A stretch of DNA of 8,349 bases from Candidatus Auribacterota bacterium (GTDB taxonomy: Bacteria; Auribacterota; UBA6266). The stretch is from positions 1 to 8,349 of the forward strand of contig JAGLRQ010000161.1 of NCBI GenBank assembly GCA_023136205.1. The letters run 5' to 3'. The stretch's first letter is position 1, and the number at the start of each line of letters is the position of its first letter. The translations under genes were made by a program, and so were the position numbers. The notes under the pieces are model-generated. The model was not told where the DNA came from and did no database searches. It saw nothing but the letters and a program-made list of their open reading frames with translations. Shown here piece by piece: positions 1-7,300 of the stretch.

Positions 1-128
1 TCGTCTAACTTTTTAATATATTCTACAATCTTATCTATCTGAGAAGTGAATTCTTCCAGCTTGGAATCATCAAATTCCAATCTTGACAGATGAGCCAGAT
101 ACCTAATCAATTTTTTGTCAATTTTCAT
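1..128 (-). CDS. gatC: Asp/Glu-tRNA(Asn/Gln) amidotransferase subunit C (GatC), N-terminal 42 codons; the 3' part lies beyond position 1
   Basis: Not in the ORF track, so hand-translated from the ATG at 128-126. The product is MKIDKKLIRYLAHLSRLEFDDSKLEEFTSQIDKIVEYIKKLD, open to the window edge. It fits the GatC N-terminal pattern (v..lA.LarLel.eeE.e.f..ql..Il.yve.L.e.D). The start is 10 nt downstream of the ksgA stop on the same strand. Confidence 0.75.
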   Translation of the reverse strand, partial: MKIDKKLIRYLAHLSRLEFDDSKLEEFTSQIDKIVEYIKKLD

Positions 129-138
129 GTTTTGCTAT

Positions 139-1068
139 TTACCTTAACTTCGAATATATAACGTTAGAAAGCCTGGTTATCTTGTCAATACCAAGTTCTT
201 CTATTCTAACAGTACAGTCAATATTTGCTTCTTCCATTGCTTCCAGAGCCTTTTTCCGGCTTCCGAGCAGTTCAGCAACAGCTTTTCTCAGCTGTTTACG
301 CCTGTGCGCGAACCCAACCTTTAAAATATTTTCAAATAACTTAATATCTTGTACCTTATGCCTTGGCTCACCTAAAAACTCTAATTTCATCGCTGTTGAT
401 ATAACATCCGGCCTGGGATAAAAAGCATTTCTATTAATATCAAAATTTTTCTTTGAATTACAGTAAAATTGAACTCTCACAGAAAGCAATCCGTAATCAG
501 GCGTTCCGGGAACCGCAACAACCCTTTCAGCCACTTCCTTTTGCATTATTAAAACCGCCTGTGAAATCTTTTCCCGATTTTCCATCAAGGCAAACATTAT
601 AGATGAAGTAAGATAATAGGGTAAATTAGAAATGACTTTAATTTTCCTCCCCGCTGTTTCCTTTGGAAACAAAGACGCGGGGGCTTGCGCCGCTGTTTCC
701 CCCACCGCTGTTTCCTTTGGAAACAAAGACGCGGGGGCTTTAGTTTTCCTTAATACCGAAAGACCAGTTTTTAAAAAATCGCCTTCAATCAGTTTAAAAT
801 TATCAAAGGATGAAAATTTCTTCTTTAAAAACTTTGAAAAAGTCCTATCTATTTCATATGCTATAAGAGAACAACCTGACTGGAGTATAATTGAACTAAT
901 GGCTCCTAATCCGGGGCCTATTTCTATGACAGTATCTTTTTCATCAAAATCAAGTGTCGCTGCAAACTTTCTGGCAATATTCGAATCAATAAGAAAATTC
1001 TGTCCGAACCTCTTTAACGGAGATATTTTTTCCTGCTCAAGGATTTTTTTTACTTCAGATAGATTCAT
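139..1068 (-). CDS. rsmA: 16S rRNA (adenine1518/1519-N6)-dimethyltransferase KsgA/RsmA, carrying an in-frame insertion of about 30 aa
   Basis: Family motifs are present: FGQNFLID, SAM motif I VIEIGPGLGAIS, acidic motif AYEIDR, IEGDFL, and catalytic SNLPYY. The start is placed at ATG 1068-1066 (MNLSEVKKILEQ...), which gives the usual N-terminal spacing to GQNFL. The track start at 1125 is a TTG that reads through a non-coding-looking heptamer repeat. The stop is TAA at 141-139. Confidence 0.9.
   Translation of the reverse strand: MNLSEVKKILEQEKISPLKRFGQNFLIDSNIARKFAATLDFDEKDTVIEIGPGLGAISSIILQSGCSLIAYEIDRTFSKFLKKKFSSFDNFKLIEGDFLKTGLSVLRKTKAPASLFPKETAVGETAAQAPASLFPKETAGRKIKVISNLPYYLTSSIMFALMENREKISQAVLIMQKEVAERVVAVPGTPDYGLLSVRVQFYCNSKKNFDINRNAFYPRPDVISTAMKLEFLGEPRHKVQDIKLFENILKVGFAHRRKQLRKAVAELLGSRKKALEAMEEANIDCTVRIEELGIDKITRLSNVIYSKLR
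651..740. repeat. Two identical 36-bp direct repeats (651-686 and 705-740) separated by an 18-bp spacer that contains an 11-bp partial copy (690-700); period 54 bp, lying in frame within ksgA
   Basis: The unit is ccgctgtttcctttggaaacaaagacgcgggggctt and occurs twice, identical at all 36 positions. With the flanking cc (649-650), the first copy forms a nested inverted repeat: ccccgc/gcgggg and tgtttcc/ggaaaca, with a ttt loop and an aagac bulge. There is no TAA, TAG or TGA on either strand anywhere in 651-740. G+C is 53/90 by hand count, against AT-rich flanks. Confidence 0.9.
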
Positions 1069-1077
1069 TAAAAAAAT

Positions 1078-1112
1078 AGTATTTAGTATTGAGTATATAG
1101 TATTGAGTATCG
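1078..1112. repeat. Five tandem heptamers AGTATNN (minus strand NNATACT), also readable as a 14-bp unit repeated twice, ending 9 nt upstream of the ksgA ATG
   Basis: agtat occurs at 1078, 1085, 1092, 1099 and 1106, an exact 7-bp period. The 14-mers at 1085-1098 and 1099-1112 match at 12/14 positions. This repeat produces the YSILNTI YSILNTI artefact in the TTG-extended ORF. Confidence 0.7.
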
Positions 1113-1193
1113 AATAAAAACACAAATTACAATATACAAATTCTATACAATATCAAAAATCAAATATAAAAAGATTAAACCACATATAAATAT

Positions 1194-1221
1194 TTTATAT
1201 TCTTAGTTTTTATTTGTGCAA
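1194..1221 (-). promoter_or_regulatory. Candidate sigma70-type promoter for ksgA-gatC (TTGCAC, 16-nt spacer, TATAAA on the minus strand)
   Basis: The reverse complement of 1216-1221 is TTGCAC and that of 1194-1199 is TATAAA, with a 16-nt spacer. It lies in the 159-bp AT-rich pdxA-ksgA spacer. AT-rich DNA yields many such matches, so this is only a candidate. A second possibility is TATACT at 1097-1092 inside the heptamer repeat. Confidence 0.2.
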
Positions 1222-1227
1222 TTTGTG

Positions 1228-2271
1228 CTATCTGTGGTTTAAATTTCTTTTGCGTTCTTTGCAGCTTGGCGGAAAACTTTTTTTACTTTTCCTTTTAGCG
1301 AGTTTTGCCGCGAGAACAGCCGCGGCTTCCATGCTTGAAGAAGACGCTTTATTCTGCCATGCAATATCAAATGCCGTTCCATGATCGGGAGATGTCCTGA
1401 TTATCGGGAGGCCCAGTGTAATATTTACTCCTTTATCAAAAGCAAGAAGTTTCACCGGTATAAGGCCCTGGTCATGATACATTGCGAGAACCGCATCATA
1501 CTCGCCCTTCCGAGCAAAATAAAAAACCGTGTCCGGAGAGTAAGGCCCCCTGCAGTTTACTCCCGTCTTAAAAGCCTGTTCAATCGCTGGCTCAATTATT
1601 TCTTCTTCCTCTTTTCCAAACCTCCCTCCCTCACCGGCATGAGGGTTTAAAGCACTCACTGCTATCCTGGGCTTGCTGACACCTAAAGATTTTAATCCTT
1701 CATTGAGAATTAAAATTTTCTCATACACAACTTTTTTATTTATTGATTTTAAAGCTTTTTCAAGTGACATATGTATTGTAACCAGGGCTATCTTAAGCTT
1801 TCCCCCTATCAGCATCATCGCAAAATGTTTCGCGCCCGTTTTTTCAGCCAGGTATTCAGTGTGCCCCGGGAAATTATAGCCCGACATCTTTATTGCCTCT
1901 TTATTAATAGGCGCGGTAACTATTGCTGAAACTTTTCCGCTGAGCGCGTCCTCTACCGCGGAACTTACGCATTCCATCGCGACACGCCCGGAATCAGACG
2001 CGAGAGAGCCTATAACAAGCTGTTCTGACACGGAAGCAACCTGAAATACTTTTATACTCCCATCATTTTTCTTAAGAGAAGTAAGATTTTTAATAACTTT
2101 TATTCTCTTGCCGCAAAGGTTCGCTGCTTTTTTCAGAACTTTAGAATCACCGTATATTACCGGAGTACAAACAGAAAAAACCTTCTTCGCGCAAGCGGAT
2201 TTTATACATACTTCAGGGCCGATTCCGGAGGGATCTCCCATTGTAAAGGCAATTATTGGTTTTCCAGACAC
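1228..2271 (-). CDS. pdxA: 4-hydroxythreonine-4-phosphate dehydrogenase PdxA (DXP-dependent PLP biosynthesis)
   Basis: PdxA family signatures are present: IAFTMGDPSGIGPE, TAPINKEAI, GHTEYLA, ALNPHAGEGG, AMYHDQGLIP, IRTSPDHGTAFDIA. The start is GTG at 2271-2269 and the stop is TAG at 1230-1228. It sits between surA-like and ksgA, as in the classical surA-pdxA-ksgA cluster. Confidence 0.9.
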   Translation of the reverse strand: MSGKPIIAFTMGDPSGIGPEVCIKSACAKKVFSVCTPVIYGDSKVLKKAANLCGKRIKVIKNLTSLKKNDGSIKVFQVASVSEQLVIGSLASDSGRVAMECVSSAVEDALSGKVSAIVTAPINKEAIKMSGYNFPGHTEYLAEKTGAKHFAMMLIGGKLKIALVTIHMSLEKALKSINKKVVYEKILILNEGLKSLGVSKPRIAVSALNPHAGEGGRFGKEEEEIIEPAIEQAFKTGVNCRGPYSPDTVFYFARKGEYDAVLAMYHDQGLIPVKLLAFDKGVNITLGLPIIRTSPDHGTAFDIAWQNKASSSSMEAAAVLAAKLAKRKSKKSFPPSCKERKRNLNHR

Positions 2272-2360
2272 GTTTTTACCTGAGAAACAAAGCTTTCAGC
2301 TTTTTTTCTTTTGCTGATAGCTATCGGTTGGTTGGCAGCATACGATATACGGCTTTTAAG

Positions 2361-3326
2361 CTACTTATATGAAATATATGCCTTTTCTTTAAGCTCATCG
2401 ACAAATTCAATTTTTTTTATCTTAACCGCATCGAAAATCATCTTGTTTTCAATAGCGCTATATACTTCCCTTAAAGGCATAACCCCCTCAATTATCTTGT
2501 CCGTAAGAACAACAACATATATTTCATCACCAATCGCGAAAGGGCTGCTGTATTGTCCGATTTCAAGAGCAAACGCGTTGTCTTCAATTTCACTTAAAAG
2601 GTGGCCTTTTGAATAAAAACCCATGTTTTCTTTTACGTGTAAATATTCATCTTCCTTAAAATATTCTTCGATTTCAGAACTTGTTTTTTTATCCTCCAGG
2701 AGTTTTATAATTTCTCCCGCCTTTTCCATAGCCGGTTTTTCTCCAGGCACATCTTTTAAAGTAATCAAGTCAAACTTTACCTGTTCAATTCTATGGAACT
2801 CGGCAAGATGGTGATTATAATACTCCTCCACCTCATCAGGCGTTACCACCACTCTGGAAGTAATGAAATAACCGATAAGCCTTTTTATCATTACTTGCTG
2901 TCTTATATTCTGCCTGTATTTTTCAACCGTCATATTATCATTCTTAAGAGCACTCAAAAAATCCTGCTCGGATGAAAACCGGGCCTTTATCTCATTTATC
3001 CTCATATCAATTTCAGATTCATCAACTTCTATCTTGTACTTTTGAGCTTCCTGATAAAATAATTCGTTTTCTATCAGGACATCCAGAGCTTCACGCCGCG
3101 CCTCCAGCATTTTTCCCTTAAGTTTTTCGCCGGAATATGTTCTCGCGTACTGCTCATATATAGGATTCAGTAATTTATTAATGTCACTGGAAATAATTAC
3201 TTCATCATTTACAACAGCAGCAATCCTGTCATAAATGAAACAATAAGCAGGGCTGCCGCAAAAAACCAGCACAAGGCTGCAGAAAGCCAGCACAGGGGAG
3301 AAAAAAATAACCATTGTTTTCTTCAT
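2361..3326 (-). CDS. surA: SurA-like periplasmic chaperone: signal peptide, SurA N-terminal-type helical domain, and a degenerate parvulin-like domain
   Basis: After a hydrophobic leader, the N-terminus reads DRIAAVVNDEVIISSDI, typical of the SurA N-domain. The C-terminal region (about 2493-2786) follows the parvulin pattern but lacks both conserved His positions (KFDLITL in place of HILI, EIYVVVL in place of FGYHIIKV). I prefer the ATG at 3326-3324 (MKKTMVIFF...), which lies 1 nt after the ppiC-type stop. The track start at 3347 is a TTG overlapping the upstream gene by 20 nt and cannot be excluded. Confidence 0.75.
   Translation of the reverse strand: MKKTMVIFFSPVLAFCSLVLVFCGSPAYCFIYDRIAAVVNDEVIISSDINKLLNPIYEQYARTYSGEKLKGKMLEARREALDVLIENELFYQEAQKYKIEVDESEIDMRINEIKARFSSEQDFLSALKNDNMTVEKYRQNIRQQVMIKRLIGYFITSRVVVTPDEVEEYYNHHLAEFHRIEQVKFDLITLKDVPGEKPAMEKAGEIIKLLEDKKTSSEIEEYFKEDEYLHVKENMGFYSKGHLLSEIEDNAFALEIGQYSSPFAIGDEIYVVVLTDKIIEGVMPLREVYSAIENKMIFDAVKIKKIEFVDELKEKAYISYK
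3255..3296. repeat. 21-bp imperfect tandem duplication (17/21 identical) within the SurA-like signal-peptide coding region
   Basis: 3276-3296 gctgcagaaagccagcacagg and 3255-3275 gccgcaaaaaaccagcacaag encode PVLAFCS followed by LVLVFCG. Confidence 0.65.
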
Positions 3327-3327
3327 T

Positions 3328-4242
3328 TTATTTTTCTTCCGAATCAACCTTCATTTTCTTCATAATATCATGCTTTATCTCAATATCGGCTCCGGACTTG
3401 ATTTTAACAAGCCATTCCTTCAGAACATCCCCTTGTTTCCTCTGTAACAGAAGGTCTTTAATTTTGTCTTTATACTCTTCAAAATCAATTTTTTTCTGTT
3501 CTTTCTTATCGGTAACTTTAATAATATGATATCCAAATCTTGTCTCCACTATTTCTGACAAATCTCCAACACCTAAACTAAAAGCAACATCTTCGAATTC
3601 AGGAACCATGCGTCCCCTCGCAAAAAAGTTAAGGTCCCCTCCGTTCTCCGAAGAAGGGCAAGTTGATACTTCTTTGGCAACGGCACTAAAATCTTCACCC
3701 GATTTAACTCTGGATAAAGCTTTTTGAGCTTTCTTTTTATCCTCTTTCTTCTGCTCTTCGGTTACATCCTCGTCAAATTTAATAAGAATATGCGAAACTC
3801 TTACCTGCGCGGGGCTGCTAAACTCTTCTTCATGTTCATCATAGTATTTTTTCACCTCTTTATCGGTAATTTTTACATCGGCAAGAGTTTTTTCCTCAAC
3901 AAACATCTGAGCAATCATGGCTTCTTTAATTTCTTCAAGCTTCTCTATCATCTCCGGCCTTTTATCAAAACCTTCTTTAACCGCCATGGCATAAACAAGT
4001 TTGCTCACAATTATGGACTCTAAGACCTGACTCCGGGTATCAGCATCATTTCTCGCGGAAGGAATAACGGCTAATTCTATTTTTTTTCTAAAATCTCCAA
4101 CAGTTATTTTTTCTCCATTTACCGTCGCGATTATTTCCTCTTCACCGGCAACAACTTCATCGCCATCTGTTTTCGTCCCAGAAAAAGTAATCCCTGCCGC
4201 GACAAACATACAAAACACAACAATAAATATAACCAGCCTCAT
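3328..4242 (-). CDS. PpiC/parvulin-type peptidyl-prolyl cis-trans isomerase with N-terminal signal or anchor sequence (PrsA/SurA/PpiD-like periplasmic foldase)
   Basis: The parvulin domain is canonical: VRVSHILIKF ... ENGGDLNFFARGRMVPEFEDVAF ... TRFGYHIIKVTDK. The N-terminal hydrophobic segment is MRLVIFIVVFCMFVAAGITF. The start is ATG 4242-4240, preceded by AGGAGG at a 5-nt spacing. The track start at 4245 is a TTG only 2 nt from the SD. The stop is TAA at 3330-3328. Confidence 0.88.
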   Translation of the reverse strand: MRLVIFIVVFCMFVAAGITFSGTKTDGDEVVAGEEEIIATVNGEKITVGDFRKKIELAVIPSARNDADTRSQVLESIIVSKLVYAMAVKEGFDKRPEMIEKLEEIKEAMIAQMFVEEKTLADVKITDKEVKKYYDEHEEEFSSPAQVRVSHILIKFDEDVTEEQKKEDKKKAQKALSRVKSGEDFSAVAKEVSTCPSSENGGDLNFFARGRMVPEFEDVAFSLGVGDLSEIVETRFGYHIIKVTDKKEQKKIDFEEYKDKIKDLLLQRKQGDVLKEWLVKIKSGADIEIKHDIMKKMKVDSEEK

Positions 4243-4247
4243 CAATG

Positions 4248-4253
4248 CCTCCT
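4248..4253 (-). promoter_or_regulatory. Shine-Dalgarno sequence AGGAGG for the ppiC-type gene
   Basis: Plus-strand cctcct at 4248-4253 is minus-strand AGGAGG, 5 nt upstream of ATG 4242. It shows that this organism uses canonical SD sites. Confidence 0.65.
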
Positions 4254-4341
4254 TTATTTCTTATCCCTATCCCTTATATCTTCTTTTCGCTTTTTCGCGC
4301 CATTTCCCTTTAACAAAACAGAGAAAAAGTTTATCATTTCC

Positions 4342-7300
4342 CTATAGTGCCTGCAACAACTTTTTTACCGTCGATATAGCTTTCTCAGGGAAACGTGGAT
4401 CAAGGCCTATTTCCGCGAAAGAGTAAGAATATCTCCTCACCCCTTTTCTTACAAGGAGTTTCTCTTCCTTTGCTTCTACAACACTTACCTTTTTACTCGC
4501 TGCTATAAACTTAAGCTCCTCTAACATTAAAAGGATTTGGACAGAACGCGGGATTTTCCCGAACCTGTCTTCCAGATATTCCGCAATTATGTTTATTTCC
4601 TTTTCATCAACCGCTGATGAAATCTTCATATACATTTTTAAACGCTCAGTCTCATCCTCCATATAACTTTCGGGAATTTTAAGATAAAGCCCCAGATCAA
4701 TGTACACATCGGGGGCCTCAACAACTTTCTCCCCTTTAAGCCTGGAAACCGACTGTTTCAAGAGTTTACAATAAAGGTCAAACCCGATTGCCGCCACATG
4801 CCCATGCTGTTTTTTCCCAAGAATATTCCCGGCACCTCTGATCTCCAGGTCTTTAAGAGCAATCTTGAAACCGGAACCAAGGGAAGAAAACTTTTTCATA
4901 GCTGAGAGGCGTCTTTTCACTTCCTCCGGCATCTCTTTCTCCCCGGAAGCAAGCAAATAAGCGTAAGCCCTCCTTTTAAATCTTCCCACTCTTCCTCTAA
5001 GCTGGTAAAGATCCGCCAGCCCGAAGCGGTCCGCGCGCTCTATAATAATTGTGTTGGCATTGGGGATATCAATCCCCGACTCAATAATAGTTGTGGAAAC
5101 AAGGACATCTATTGAACCCGCGACAAAATCTCTCATTCTTGATTCAAGCGCATGCTCTTCCATTTGTCCGTGGGCATAAGCAAATTTAGCCTGAGGAACA
5201 AGCCGCGCCAATCTCTCACATACACCGGAAATAGATTGCACTCTGTTATGGATGTAAAAGACCTGTCCGCCCCTGCTAAATTCCCTTAATATCGCTTCTC
5301 TCATAACTTCATTGCCATATTCACAAATTATTGTTTCAACCGGCAGTCTGTCTTCAGGAGGGGTAATAACCGTGCTCATATCCCTTGCTCCGGCTAAAGA
5401 CATATAAAGAGTCCTTGGGATAGGTGTAGCACTCATCGCGAGAACATCAACTGTCAATCTAAGCTTCTTGAGGTTTTCTTTATGAGCAACGCCAAACCTC
5501 TGCTCCTCATCTATTATAAGAAGACCCATATCCTTAAATTTTATATCATGCTGAAGCAGCCTATGAGTACCGATAACTATATCAACCGCGCCCTTCGCAA
5601 GACGTTTTATTATATCCCCTTGTTCAGACGGAGTTTTAAACCGCGAAAGCATTTCTATGCAAACAGGGTAATCAACCATTCTTTCCGAAAACGTATCAAG
5701 GTGCTGTTTCGCGAGGATAGTGGTCGGCACTAAAACAGCAACCTGTTTTCCGTCCATTACCGCTTTAAACGCGGCTCTTACTGCAAGTTCAGTTTTTCCA
5801 TAACCAACATCCCCGCATATTAACCTGTCCATGGGAACAAGAGATTCCATATCCTCCTTTATTTCTCTTATTGACTTTTCCTGGTCAGGCGTCTCCTCAT
5901 AAATAAAAGACGCTTCAAATTCCTTCTGCCAGCGCGTATCTTTTGAAAACTTAAAACCGCTTTTCGCGGCCCTCGCGCCTTGAATCTGTAACAGCTCCGC
6001 GGAATAATCCATTATCGATCTCTGGGCTTCAGCTTTTGTCATAAGCCACTTTCTGCTGCCAAGCTTATCCAGCATAGGCCCTCTGTCTCTAAAGCCTATG
6101 TAACGCTGTATAAGATTAACCTTGCTCATTGGAACATATAACTTTGAATTATTGGCATATTCGATTACAGCCATTTCAACAGGCATATTGTTCTTTTTTA
6201 TTTCCGAAAGGCCAAGAAATTTTCCTACACCATGGTTAATATGGACAACGTAATCACCAGGGTTCAAATCAGCAATCTCAACAGGTGATATTGAACCAAA
6301 ATATTTTCTGCGCGGACGCCGCCGCTTATACCTTCCGAATATCTCCTGATCGGTAAGAACAAAAAGATTCGCCTGTTCGACAAAAAAACCGCCTCTCAAG
6401 CGCGCCCTGCCAAAATTAATGAGTTCCAGATTAACCTTCTCTTCTTTTAATATCTCTCTGAGCCTGTCAATCTCACCTGTATTATTTCCGAATATATATA
6501 CTGTCTTCCCATGTTCTATCCAATTTTTCAAATCCTTAACCATACTGGAAAAGTTACTTCCTGAAATACCCCGAGAACCAACTTCTTCCGGGGAATAATA
6601 CTTTATCTCACGCGTATCGAGTGAAAGCTGTGGAAACTTTTCAGCGGCGGAATCGGGTTTGAGCGCGAAAGAAGAAACGAACAACCGCTGTCTCTCAATC
6701 GACAGGATATCATCTACATCCATAAACTCAGATGAATCTTTGTGAGACAGATATTCAAGATTTTTTGCCGCTTTGTTTCTCAGTTCAGGGGCTTCTTCAA
6801 AAATTAAAATTGCCTCTCCGGGAATATAAGAAAAGACAGATTCCAGATTTTTATAATCCACTATCCCTGCTTCATCAACAGGAGCTACAGATATACTGTC
6901 AATTTCCTTAAACGACCTCTGGGAAGAAGCATCAAAAAGCTTTATAGTTTCAACACAATCATCCATAAGATCTATCCTGACAGGATACTCACAATTGGAA
7001 GGAAATATGTCAATTATACTGCCCCTGACACCAAACGCCCCTTTAAAAGATACCTCCCGGTTCCTTCCATAGCCAATTTTGACAAGATTTTCGACTGTAG
7101 ATTGGAAATCAACAACCTGCTCTTTTTTAAACGAAAGAAATTTTCCAAAAAGATCTTCCGGGGGCGCTACTTTGTGCTGAACAGCATCAATGGTTGTCAC
7201 CATTACGAATGGAGAATTAGAATGTTTTACTTTTAAAAGTGCTTTCATTCTCTCCCCGACAAGGTCAACGTGGGGAAAAACATGTTCACCGGGTAAAATT

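Noticed and set aside
651-740. Possible mini CRISPR array (36-bp partially palindromic repeats containing GTTTCC...GGAAAC)
   Set aside because: There are only two repeats. The 18-bp spacer is far too short and is itself largely a partial copy of the repeat. The block lies in frame inside a conserved ksgA ORF. No cas genes or leader sequence are in the window.
632-1117. 161-aa plus-strand ORF antisense to ksgA, and the other plus-strand ORFs (182-421, 1381-1650, 1673-1879, 2108-2317, 2311-2616, 2623-2814, 2793-2975, 3314-3529, 3724-4023, 5482-5733, 7190-7435, 7239-7469)
   Set aside because: All are embedded wholly or almost wholly (the ends of 2108-2317 and 2311-2616 reach the surA-pdxA spacer) in strongly supported minus-strand genes. 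They have low-complexity F/S/I/L-rich translations, no recognisable motifs and no SD sequences. They are typical shadow ORFs. The long 632-1117 ORF is helped by the stop-free repeat element.
1069-1125. TTG-extended N-termini in the ORF track (ksgA at 1125, surA-like at 3347, ppiC-type at 4245)
   Set aside because: The extension of ksgA translates the heptamer repeat (YSILNTI twice) and has no counterpart in KsgA proteins. The ppiC-type TTG is only 2 nt from the AGGAGG, whereas the next ATG is at an ideal 5 nt. The surA-like TTG would overlap the upstream gene by 20 nt, whereas an ATG gives a classic MKK signal-peptide start. That last case is the least certain.
1228-1300. Lys/Arg-rich C-terminal tail of PdxA (KRKSKKSFPPSCKERKRNLNHR) extending beyond the usual end of the family
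   Set aside because: It is probably a short, poorly conserved extension arising from stop-codon drift into AT-rich spacer DNA, and it overlaps the atttgtgc tandem repeat. It carries no motif I recognise and cannot be evaluated without orthologue alignment.
2289-2307. Small palindrome aaagct-ttc-agcttt followed by a T-run in the surA-pdxA spacer, as a possible intrinsic terminator
   Set aside because: The T-run follows the hairpin only on the plus strand, where there is no gene to terminate. The stem is 6 bp and AT-rich, so it is weak. On the minus strand it is preceded rather than followed by the homopolymer run, and pdxA starts about 20 nt later.
4301-4343. 9-bp direct repeat catttccct (4301-4309 and 4335-4343) in the mfd to ppiC-type spacer; the second copy overlaps the mfd stop codon
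   Set aside because: It is too short to separate from chance with confidence and has no dyad symmetry. I could not pair it with a convincing -35/-10 promoter match. Worth noting only if it is conserved in relatives.
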